From NCBI RefSeq assembly GCF_009914755.1, contig NC_060926.1: a stretch of 64,000 nucleotides of DNA, one strand, 5' to 3'. Positions 16,255 through 32,475 of the stretch are shown piece after piece; positions within the stretch are counted from its first letter, which is position 1, and each line of letters begins with the position of its first letter. Made by a program: the position numbers and the translations under genes. The DNA comes from the human T2T-CHM13v2.0 reference genome, Homo sapiens. The notes under the pieces are model-generated. The model was given only the letters and a program-made list of their open reading frames with translations. It had not been told where the DNA came from and searched no databases.

Positions 16255-16699
16255 CTGGAAGAATGAGACAAAAGGAAAGATGACCATTAAACCAAGTCAC
16301 TGGGATGGAGAGAAAGGGGTGAGAGTAAAGTCTTCTTTTCAAATGTTCCTGTCTGTGGCCACTCTTACAGGTAACTTCTAGAGACACATCATTCCCCCAA
16401 ATGACCACATAGTGTATCTTAGTTGTGAACTTCAGCCTTGTTAATTATACACATTTTAAAACCACATCTTGCTCTGCATATTTTATAGGAGGAGATCTTA
16501 GTCCTGTTCATCTCAGGCCCCACATAGGCCTGCAGCTACTAACCACTGTCTTTTGAGAATTATCTTTCACAAGGTCCCTATCATGACAGAATATGTTAGT
16601 GTGTGCCATCTCCTCAGCCCCCTAACCTCAACTCTCTCCTCAAAATTCCCATTATCGTGGTCAGCTTGCTCCTAAACACAGACAAGTTCAGAAAGAGAA

Positions 16700-16845
16700 A
16701 CATACACAGAGCTGGACACACACATAGAGACACACAAACTCATACACACATATTCACATATGTGTTCACACAAATGTACACACACATAAACATAAATATA
16801 TATCATGCACACATATATATCATATATATACATACACATATGTAC
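16700..16845. repeat. (CA/TA)n low-complexity tract
   Basis: Direct inspection. Confidence 0.85.
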
Positions 16846-17050
16846 TGAGAGATAATATACAAACCAACAATGGCCAGATCATATATAAAAATAGAACTCT
16901 GACCTACAATGTGCAGCAACCAACCCAGGAAATCAACCCATTATCTACAGTAACCAAAACAGGAAGCCAGTTTACCATCCACAAGCCAGACTTGCAGTAA
17001 GTCAGACTAGTATCTCTAGCAAACAGTCCAGGAAGCTATGGGATAATTAT
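16845..17050 (+). mobile_element. ERV1 LTR fragment (MER34/MER39-like)
   Basis: ataaaaatagaactctgacctacaa...caacccaggaa motif. Confidence 0.55.
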
Positions 17051-17099
17051 TTACCTTGTATGTTCTTCTGACCAATAATTATTTAAAATAATTATTCCT

Positions 17100-17389
17100 G
17101 GCTGGGCGCCGTGGCTCACGCCTGTAATCCCAGCACTTTGGGAGGCCGAGGAAGGTGGATCGCGAGGTCAGGAGTTCCAAGACCAGCCTGGCCAAGATGG
17201 TGAAATCCCGTCTCTACTAAAAATACAAAAATTATCCAGGCGTGGTGGTGAGTGCCTGTAATCCCAGCTACTTGGGAGGCTGAGGCAGGAGAATCGCTTT
17301 AACCCAGGAGGTGGAGTTTGCAGCAAGCCGAGATCGCAGCACTGCGCTCCAGCCTGGGCAATAGAGCAAGACTCCATCTCAAAAAAAAA
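17100..17389 (+). mobile_element. AluS
   Basis: TSD aattattcctg on both sides. Confidence 0.92.
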
Positions 17390-18039
17390 TTATTCCTGAT
17401 CCTGATATAGTGTGGATATAGTGCAGTATGACCTGAGTTAGTGTTCAATAAATAATACTTCAGTTTACCTACTGTTTCTGTCTTTAAAATTTCAGTTTGG
17501 GAGGCTTGTGTACTTTAGTGAAAACGATAACAAAGAAAACCCGACTATGTGTTGATCTTCTTCCCCACTCCATGCCAACTCTCATGCCAAACAAAATTTT
17601 TAAAAATCTTATTTCAGGATTTTTGCTTACACTTCCATGAGAGCAATGGCCGAGTCTTGTACAGCACTATGCTCCTAGTTCTTGGCCCACTGCCAGAAGC
17701 ACAGTAGGCATCAATAATAATTTTGCATTAAAGTAGTGAATCATCTGAGAGCAAATGCTCAGGTGTAGGGGCTCTGAGAAATGTACATTTCATGTCTTCC
17801 TATGAACAAAATGGTGAGCCACTTCTGGAGCCATGTTCATTTCTTTCTATCTCACATACCTAGAGCAATGTCTTGCCTATAATTATGTATCTGCTGATAG
17901 TTGGAAATGATATGCTGTTGATTGAAAATGTCATCATTGAATAAAATACTGACCTATTTGAATGGTTTTGCTAAATTAATTTAACCAAACTGATTTCATT
18001 GCAATGTCAAGCTAGCTAAATTCCAGAAGGGAGTCAATA

Positions 18040-18200
18040 TAATGAAAACATCTTAGCCTGGGGGTCAGAGGACCTGATTTCCAACCTTGTGATCAGTGAG
18101 ACCTTGAAAAAACTATTTAATTGTTTAGGGTTTATAATTCCTCATTTGAAAATAAGGGGTTTGAACCAGATTGTCTCTGAGGTCCTTCCCACCCCAATGA
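18040..18200 (+). mobile_element. MIR fragment overlapping the read-through tail of the giant exon
   Basis: ttcctcatttgaaaataaggggtttgaaccagattgtctctgaggtccttcc. Confidence 0.6.
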
Positions 18201-18224
18201 ATCTTGGATTCTAATTATACCAAC

Positions 18225-20678
18225 CTGTATTTTGACTTTTGTTGTCTCTCTGCCCATTTCTTTTGGGGTACTTCCTCTCCATCTGAGGACAAGATTTAGG
18301 TTTTCAGGATCTGTTTCATTTGCCATTTTTTGGCAAGAGTTGTTATCTTTCTCATCAAGAGCTAATAATTCTGCAGCTAGACAACCTAATAGTTCATCTG
18401 TCAATTCTTCATTATTTACAGAGTCCATAATTTCTTGGGAAATTGAATTTGTGCCACTTAAGGTTTTTCCAAACATTTGATATGTGATTGACTTATTTGC
18501 TAAACTATCATGATCCAAATAATGTACCCAATATTGATATGTCTGGGAAGATGCACTTTCTTGTTTTGCTTGGAAAGAGAAATTTGTAAGTGTTTTAGAG
18601 TGATCTGAAACACTATCAAACTCTAGATCATTAGTTAAAATTCGGCTGGCATTTACTTTACTAAGAGATGCTGTATTCTGCTTTTCTTGCTGTACATACT
18701 TGTTAGAATTCTTCTCACTGGGCACTGCCCAGCTGTCTTCTGAAGGGATAAATGGGATCTGGTGATGTAGCTCTTCAAGTTCTTGCAGATCTCTGAGGCT
18801 TGTGGTGAGTATTTGATTGTTAGAAATGTCTCTATCACCAGTAGACTCTTCCATAGAAACTTCTTCAACAATGGATAAATCTGAGACAGGAGGGAATTCA
18901 TTCTGTTTCATGGACTGCTCAGGTGTCTGAGCCAAGTTCATGGGATGAATTTCATCTTTGGAAGATAGAAACTCATTTCCTGAAGACTTTATCTGCCAGT
19001 CTGGTTCTGAAATACCATCACCATTTTCAATGTCATGTAGGTTGCTATGTACAGCCTTGGAACTCTTTTCTTTAGAAATTAAGACTTTGTGCTCTTGTTT
19101 AATGCCAAATGAAGTCTTTGGGCATTTCATATGTGTTTTTTTCTGAGAAAGTCTTGTTCTGATATTGCTCTTCCTCTCACTGTGTGAAGATCGACATTTA
19201 TTGGTGATACGTCTGCCTGATGGAGCCGAACATATCTCACGGTAATACGTGTTTTCATCCCTTTCAGTCTCTCGCACATGACAATAAACAGGGGTCCCAA
19301 ACATTTCATAGATTCCAGGTCCATTAGCAGTTGAATTGATTTCTTTGAACATATCACTATACTTAAGATCTAGGTAATTTAGTCTTGGCTCTGTCGGTTG
19401 AACAGAGAGAGGAACACATGACTTCTGTGTTCCTGGATTTTTACAGATGCAAGGAAATGATTGCTTTTTAGGTTTCTGAGTCCGGTGAGTTGATTGCTTC
19501 TTTGCTATCTGTGGCATTTTCTTTTGAAACCTGGGCAATTGCCAAGGCCTGGGGTCCACAAGTCCCAAAGCCGGGAAAATTTGTGTTTTTATGCTGGTTT
19601 TATGCATGGTAGGCTTAATGGGACCTTCAGTAGAAATCACAAAATTCTGAGGTGTCTTCTTACTTGTCTTGGTCTTTGAATCCAACTTACTCCTATGGGA
19701 ATTCATCTTATGCTTGTCATTTTCTTGGTGTACAGGTATGTTGACACTATGGTTGTTATGAATGGTTCCCTTTCTTGTTTGGAGGCTTGGTTTGGCTATC
19801 ACTGGTTCCTTGGGGCTTCCATCCACAGGGAAGGTGATGTGGATAAGAGGCACCATCCTACTCATTTCTGGTTTGGCTCTTTCTGCTATTGATATTTTTA
19901 TGTTTGTCTCCATGCTGCTACAACCTTCTGGGAGTTTATCAATGGGGTCATCAAAGACTACACTGGATAAGCTTTTAAGTACAGTACACTCTTCTAAAAT
20001 ATTGTTTGGTTCCATTGCTTCATTTTTATGTAATGAAACTCTTTTTGAAGCAGCTTTATTATTTCTCATCTCTTCATCCTGGCTTGGAGTTATTTCTGAA
20101 TGCTGGGTTTCTTGGAACTTGCTTGGAATGGTACATACTATTTCTGGATCTTGTTCATAGTTTTTGGCTACTGAACTCTCATTCTTTCTTGATGAAAGAT
20201 ATTGAGAGTTCTCTTCTTCAGGTTTTCGCGTTTTACTACCATGGCAATCAATATCCTCTTCCCTAACTGCAGGAATATTGCCTTCCTTCAAATTCTCAAA
20301 AGACACCAAAGACTGCCCTTTTTCAAAGTGAGTGATTTCAATTTTGTTACATTCTTCTATTTCCTTGGATTTCCAGTTTTCCTCCTTCTCCAGGCATTGT
20401 CTGTGATGGTTAGTCTTAGGAAAAGAGCACATGTTTCTTGACCAAATGAAGCCATCAGAAGACCTGAGAGTCGGATCCATCAACGACTTAACTAGGGCTC
20501 CCGGAGGCTCGTTTGATGGGCTGAGCTCATCAGATTGACGAACAGACACTGAGAGCTTAGGCACAAAAGATGTGAGGCTTGGAATGTTTCTTTCTTTTTC
20601 TTTTGGAAACTTGTGATTTTGGGGGATAGTAAGGACACCAGATCGCGTGGGCAAGAGTGACAGTGGTGGCAGAAGGAA
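18225..20678 (-). CDS. MAP3K19: MAP3K19 giant coding exon, 2454 nt (818 codons, phase 0-0)
   Basis: CTTCCTTTTAG|TTC...CAG|GTTGGT; corresponds to the 840-aa ORF 18132..20654. Confidence 0.97.
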
Positions 20679-20789
20679 CTAAAAGGAAGACAGAAAAAGC
20701 TGTGAATGCAGAAACATATATAAATATCACGCTAACTCGTTTAAAGTAGTCTAAAGAGATTATAATATCCTCTTAAGGAAGGCTTTTAA

Positions 20790-21127
<338 letters not shown>

Positions 21128-21511
21128 TAAAATTAAAACCTCATTCCCAATATTTTTTTTAGAACCAATTTAAAACAACACGTTTTAAAACCAGGATTAT
21201 TATAGATGTAAATATTCATGGTTATATATTTTTAAATGAAGGCCCTATAATGTAAATGGTAAAAATTTAAGATAAGAAGCATTTTATTTCTCTTCTTTTT
21301 TCTTTTTACTTTCCATAGAATTGATTTAAGATTTTTGAAATCCCACTGAAAACAGTTTAAAATTGCTGTTAAAATACCTCAAAAATTACCAGTTATTGAC
21401 TAACTCAGAATTCATATCCGAAACACAACTACTCACCATCGTTTTGCTGAATTAGTTTGTGAATGAAATGTACAAAATTTCATTTTTGTGGATGACAGGC
21501 AAATGGATGGC

Positions 21512-21601
21512 TTTCCTTTCTCCTTTGCCCTCTAGTTTCAAACTAAGCTAGTTTTTCCTTTCTCCTTTGCCCTCCTCTAGTTTCAAACTAAGCTAGTTTT
21601 T
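21512..21601. repeat. About 42-bp tandem duplication
   Basis: tttcctttctcctttgccct(cct)ctagtttcaaactaagctagtt twice. Confidence 0.92.
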
Positions 21602-22224
21602 ATTATCATCCTGTAGAGGTCAGTGTAACCCAATGTATAATATTAAACTTTGCGGGCAGTAAGCTATAAACTCCTTAACTTTATGCTTCTTTTCATTGTG
21701 GTCTTTTCCTGTGTATACAGATTCAATACCTATTTATATCACAATATTTATAGGCATGGGTCATGGGTAGTAATTGAGAAATGTATGTTTAATTTTCATT
21801 CTATTGCCACCTGTGTGTAAGAAGGAAGGAAATGGAACCTGACTCTAGAAACTTAGGCATTAAAAGTAGATGAGATGTAGTGTAGACCCCAGTTTTACTG
21901 TCTAGATGATTTTCCTCATTTCTCAAAAATGACTTAGGACATAAAGGCAGATTCATCCAGTGCTTAACCATCTGCCTAGTAACAGCCATTACAATTTTTT
22001 AGGTCAATAAACTCCTTTTACAATGCTAAGCAGTACCTATGCATAAGTATTTCTCAAAGGCTCATAGGAAAAGAAGGGTCAGGTAGTTGAGAAACTAAGA
22101 ATTGCAAATATCTTTCCAAAAACTTATAAATTAGACAGCTAGGAAAATCTTTCCACCACTGGGGGAAAGAAAAGAATTGCCTAATTTCTAAATAGGTTGA
22201 AAAAAGACAAATTAAAATATGTCT

Positions 22225-22536
<312 letters not shown>

Positions 22537-22660
22537 TCAGCTCATTATGTAAAGAACAGAAACACTCCAGAAAAGCACTGCACATGGCAAGGCATAATTT
22601 TCCCAGGAACGATTTGCTACTCTAGGAACTATATGTGAGTTGTTGTTTTTCCAAGAAATA

Positions 22661-23870
<1,210 letters not shown>

Positions 23871-23955
23871 TAATTGCTGAGGATTTGGTTCTAAATTAGT
23901 GAATAGAGTTGTTTGGTTTTAATTCTCAAGTCAAAAATGCTAGCACTAATCTTAC

Positions 23956-23999
23956 CTTGATGCTTCGGCCACTGTACTTCATATGAGAGGTCGAAAACT
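23956..23999 (-). CDS. MAP3K19: MAP3K19 coding exon, 44 nt
   Basis: TCTTGTTGTAG|AG...AAG|GTAAGA; EFSTSHMKYSGRSIK. Confidence 0.93.
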
Positions 24000-24129
24000 C
24001 TACAACAAGAAAAACAATAACTGGATATTCTTAGTAGTAGAAAGAAAACAGTCTCAAGCCAGAGTCTGGGGATGGAGTAATACAGATGCTAAGGGGTCTG
24101 AGGAAAAGTTGTAGAAATTGGAGGTTTCC

Positions 24130-24710
24130 CCTGTGGAATTCACACAGAGGTGGAATCATCACACAAAACTTCAGGCTGCTGCCACTAGCAGGGGTTGCTG
24201 TTTTATATTTATATCTCTATTCTGACAGAAAACCTGAGATCTCTGGACCAGAGAGCAGACCATTTATCACTCACAGAACATTGTAATGCCAGTTCCCCAC
24301 AACCCAGTTCCTCACAGGGCAACGTGATGAGAGCCGGGTGTTGACCTGCACAGCTGGCAGAGCTGCATCACAGGAGGGAGCTCTGGAATGATGAGACTCA
24401 GGTGGTATATTGGGTGGTGGCACTTTAGCCCATCTTTCCCTCCAGAGAAGGAGAGAGCACTTTACTATGAATTGTAAGCAAATGCCTCCAGGAGAAAGGT
24501 GACTCTATGTTTTATTACCCTAGAATATAAGCAAACAGCTTTTGGGAAAATCAGCCTCTAAATTTCTCTGGAGCAATACACTAACTTCGGAGGCGTTTCT
24601 GACATTCAGTCATCTTTTAACTTAGTTTCCTAGTGTTTTTTGCTTAGAAAGCCTGAACTGTGCAGAAATGTGAAAATATTCTTGTATAAGTGTCTCCCAA
24701 CAGTTGTTTA
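24130..24710. mobile_element. Probable old ERVL-type LTR
   Basis: gagagcagaccatttatcactcacag motif resembles old ERVL LTRs; family uncertain. Confidence 0.35.
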
Positions 24711-25094
24711 AACTAGATCGACCATAAACTCTGAAAGGTGAGTGTGAGGAAGACTCACCTAGGGAACGAGATGGGACTTACTAGGTAGTATAAAACTTAC
24801 AAGTTGTTCTCTTCTTACCAAAAAGTCAGAATGATCCCCAAAACCCCATGAACCACCACCACCACCACTTCCGCATAGTTTGGACTTTCTAAAGCTGAAG
24901 CCAAAAGCTCCAGTGTCTCCAGGGTCAAAACAGTTCACAGAAATGGATGATGTGGGACAGGAAGACACAGCAGTAAATCGAGATCATATGCCCAACTAAA
25001 GGGGCATCATTACCCAGCTCGCAGTGATGTTATCCAACCCAGATAGATAGTCCAGCCCTGCTACATCTTCCAAAAGAAGCCAGAGAGCTGCAGA

Positions 25095-25621
<527 letters not shown>

Positions 25622-26229
25622 TGAGGGTCAAACAAATGTCTGTAGGTCCATTTCAGCCTCAGGCTGTCATTCTGAAGTTTCACACGGAGAGAAAAAGACC
25701 TCTAAGATTTAACACAGTAGAAAAGCCAATCCCAGGTGAAAAACAAGTCACCTAAGAAGAGGACCCCAACAGGCAACAGGAGGGGGCACAGGCATTCCCC
25801 TTGGACACAGCTGGCCATGGCACCTCCCCTTCATTCTTAATGCATTTACTCAACAATTATTTACTGAGTGCCTGCTGAGTGGCCAACACTGTCCCAGAAG
25901 ATGGCAATTTATAGTTGTGGGCAGGAAAGACAGATCTTTGCTCTTTGCTCCCAGAGGTTGCATTCTAGAGGTTGAGGTTTTCTATTGAAAAGATGTTAGA
26001 AGTTAATCTAGAAATACAACTGAATATAATTTATAGTTGGGTACATAATGGATAGCATCCTGAATTTTTTAAAAAAACGCTTTCAAGTATTCTTATAAAT
26101 ATTTGAATATGTATTATCCAGTATTGGTCAGGAATTATGTGGGGTAAAGACTTTTGGTGGGAATGTAGAGGCAAGATCTTTCTGGTAGGTAATTTGGTAA
26201 CATGTGTCAAAGCCTTTTAAAAATGTGTA

Positions 26230-26455
26230 GAGACCACTCTGAGCAACATAGCGAGACCCCATCTCTACAAAAAATGTTAAAAGTAGCCAGGTGTGGTGCC
26301 ATGCACCTGTACTCCCAGCTACTCAGGAGGCTGTGGTGGAGGATCACTTAAGCCTGGAATATTGAGGCTGCAGCGAGCCATGTTTGCACCACTGCACTCC
26401 AGCATGGGCAACAGAGCGAGACCCTATCTCCAAAAAAGTAAATAAAATAAAATAA
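26230..26455 (+). mobile_element. 5'-truncated AluJ
   Basis: Alu motifs and A-rich tail. Confidence 0.85.
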
Positions 26456-26459
26456 GTAC

Positions 26460-28350
<1,891 letters not shown>

Positions 28351-28374
28351 AAGAAAGTCTTGTACTAGCTGTAC

Positions 28375-28758
<384 letters not shown>

Positions 28759-29175
28759 CCTGGACCTGATTATTGTTATTATTAATTAAAAGTGCATTTG
28801 TAATGGCTATGTGCCAGGTATGATGCCAAATGCTTGGAGGTTGAATTATTCTTGCTTTTGTAATCCGGCGAAGATGAACACATAAACAAATAGTGACAAT
28901 TATGCTTGATTAGTGCTATGTTGTAGGTAAGGTCAGGATCCTATAGCGGAACAAAGAAAGGGCAACTCATCCAGTCTTGGGAAGTTCAGGAAGACTTCCC
29001 AGAGGAAGGGGTTTCTAAGACAAAACCTGAAGGATGGCATAATGCTCCAGCAGAAAGAACAGTAGGTGCAAATATTCACATGCATGTTTAGGGAATAGAG
29101 GGCATTTAGTGTGCTAAAGTTTATCATGCTGCGAAGGAAGAGTGGCAAGATATGAGGCTGAAAGAGGCTGTTGAA

Positions 29176-29572
<397 letters not shown>

Positions 29573-29632
29573 TCAAGTCCAGATTTCTTATGAACTATTT
29601 TACATATAGCCCATCAAAACACTGCTTCACCA

Positions 29633-30308
<676 letters not shown>

Positions 30309-31197
30309 TTAAATTTCACTTAAAATGTACCCTTCTCTTAAAATCCCATAATAATTATTCTTTTTTTTCTTTTTTGGTAGGATGTGTCACAGCTCCACTG
30401 GCATGCAGTCTCCCTCATTGTGATAAATCAATGAATGTAACTTGTTGGATTATAAGGTTGTTCCTGGTGGTTTTGGCTGGTTGGTTGAGGACAGTGGTAA
30501 ACAAGTAGCAAAGACAATGTTGCCGCAGGGGGAAATGCTGGCATCAGTGCTGCTATCTAGCAAATGAGTCTTGGGCTCAATGTAGTTGGAAGTTGGCTCT
30601 TAGACTTGCACATTAACTTGGGGATCCAGGAATAAGGCTAACGTAGACTCAAGTCCATAATGACCCTGGGACCTGGTAGAAGTAAATTCAATACTTCTGG
30701 CCAAAAGCATCCACAGCGTGGGCCCCCAAGATTCCCACAGATAAACATCAACCAAATATGAGCTCACAATGAAGATTTTCAAACACTCAAGAAAAAAGTC
30801 AACCATAGTGCAAATCAGTAGGATATTGATACTGAAATTATCAAGTATAGTTTACAAAATAATGTCTGAAATGTTTAAAGAAATAAGCAATGAAATAATC
30901 TAAACAATAAGATATTCTCAAAATATTTGCCTTCTATTCCTTGAACAAATATATAAACATTTGCACATATAGTGCTCTTTCTGCTGGAACATTATGCCAT
31001 CCTTCATTTTACTTGTTTACTAGTTTATTGTCTGTCTCGCACCCCCATGACCCCCAGGAATGTAAATTACACAAGGGCTGGGGTTATTTTCTGGTATGTT
31101 CACTGCTTTATCTCTAGCATTTAGAACAGTGCCTGGCACAATACATAAATATTTGTTGACCAAAAGGACTCACTGTGGAATTCAATGTTCAACTTAC

Positions 31198-31457
31198 CTT
31201 CAGATTTTCTTTGCTGCTCCTTCAGAAAATGAGGAGCATCTTCTCTGGTTACAGACTTGGAAATGTTCAGTTCTAAACAAGATCTTGGTAGCAAAAAGCC
31301 CAAGTTCACATTGCAGAGCTCCCTGGAACTTTCCTCTTTTTGCAAAACTAAGGGCCGCATGGTCAGCTTCTTTTTCCTGAGCTCCACCGTTTCTATTTCA
31401 TTTGGATGAGAAACTGCATGTGCTTGTGCCCATTCTTGAAGCGATGAGTTTATCAGA
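31198..31457 (-). CDS. MAP3K19: MAP3K19 coding exon, 260 nt
   Basis: CCCCCTTTAG|T...AAG|GTAAGT; LINSSLQEWAQ...ELRKKKLTMRPLVLQKEE...QQRKSE (ORF 31121..31387). Confidence 0.95.
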
Positions 31458-32065
31458 CTAAAGGGGGAGGGAAATGTTTGATTTAAAACTCAGTTGCCAC
31501 ATCTTCTGGATCTCCAGTCCTCAGTTCAGCCTGACATCACTAGAAAGTTTGAAGAACTACTTCCAAATGGTGCTGCTGAAAGGAAAGGCTGAATCCTGAG
31601 AGGGTAAGACATCTCCACCTGCTGACTCCTCCTGGCCTCCTTAGCCCTCTGTACCATCGCTTGGATGGATTAGGTTTCAGCTCACTCTCGTTTTCCCAAT
31701 CACCATTTCCTTGCACAGAGAAATCAGAGACCAAGGGCAGGCCTGGGGGATGTACCCTTTTATCTCCACAGGTACTGACTAGCCCAGTGTTTCTCAAACT
31801 ATTTTTGATGAAGAACCAGCATTTAAATTTCCAGTCATTGTGAACTGATACTTTTGTAAAATATAAATGAATTGCCATAAAAATGGAAGAAAAATAAAAG
31901 ACATGCAAAAAATAAGCCTCAATTTGTTTCACTACCCGATCAATGAACGTAAGTTATTTGCCAAATTGCTTTGCAACTTTTTTAATGGTCACCCTCGCAG
32001 CCTGTCCTGACCTCATCATGGACTAGTAACAGGACCACAGAACCACATTCTAAGTAGCTCTGCCC

Positions 32066-32265
32066 TGCAGTAGGGTCAGCAAACTACAGCCCGGGGACCA
32101 AATCCAGCCTTCAGCCTTTTTCTGTAGCTTTAATTGGATCACAGCCACACTCATTTGTTTACATATTGTCTATGGCTGCATTCAAATGACAGTTGCAGAG
32201 TTGAATCATCACAACAGAGACCATATGGCCCACACAGCCAAAGTGTTTATGATCTGGCCTCTGCC
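32066..32265 (+). mobile_element. MER58A-like hAT-Charlie element
   Basis: gggtcagcaaactacagccc...ttggatcacagccacactcatttgtttacatattgtctatggctgc. Confidence 0.8.
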
Positions 32266-32396
32266 ACATACTATTTATTGTGACCTCTACTTTTAAGCAT
32301 TATTATGGATTCAATTACTAATAATGTAGGTTGCCATATGACTATCATTGCTTCATACTTCATTTCAAATCTGATACTTCAAAGAATATTCCTTAC

Positions 32397-32475
32397 TTCT
32401 TTTCTTTTAAGTCTTCTTGGCTCATTTCTTGGGGAGGACTGACATCTCTTGGAAAAGTTACAGTGATCTCAACAC
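32397..32475 (-). CDS. MAP3K19: MAP3K19 coding exon, 79 nt
   Basis: TTCTACAG|GT...GAA|GTAAGG; GVEITVTFPRDVSPPQEMSQEDLKEKN. Confidence 0.95.

Noticed and set aside
18132-20654. 840-aa ORF as a stand-alone single-exon gene
   Set aside because: It starts at a non-ATG codon just inside a splice acceptor and is the internal giant exon of MAP3K19
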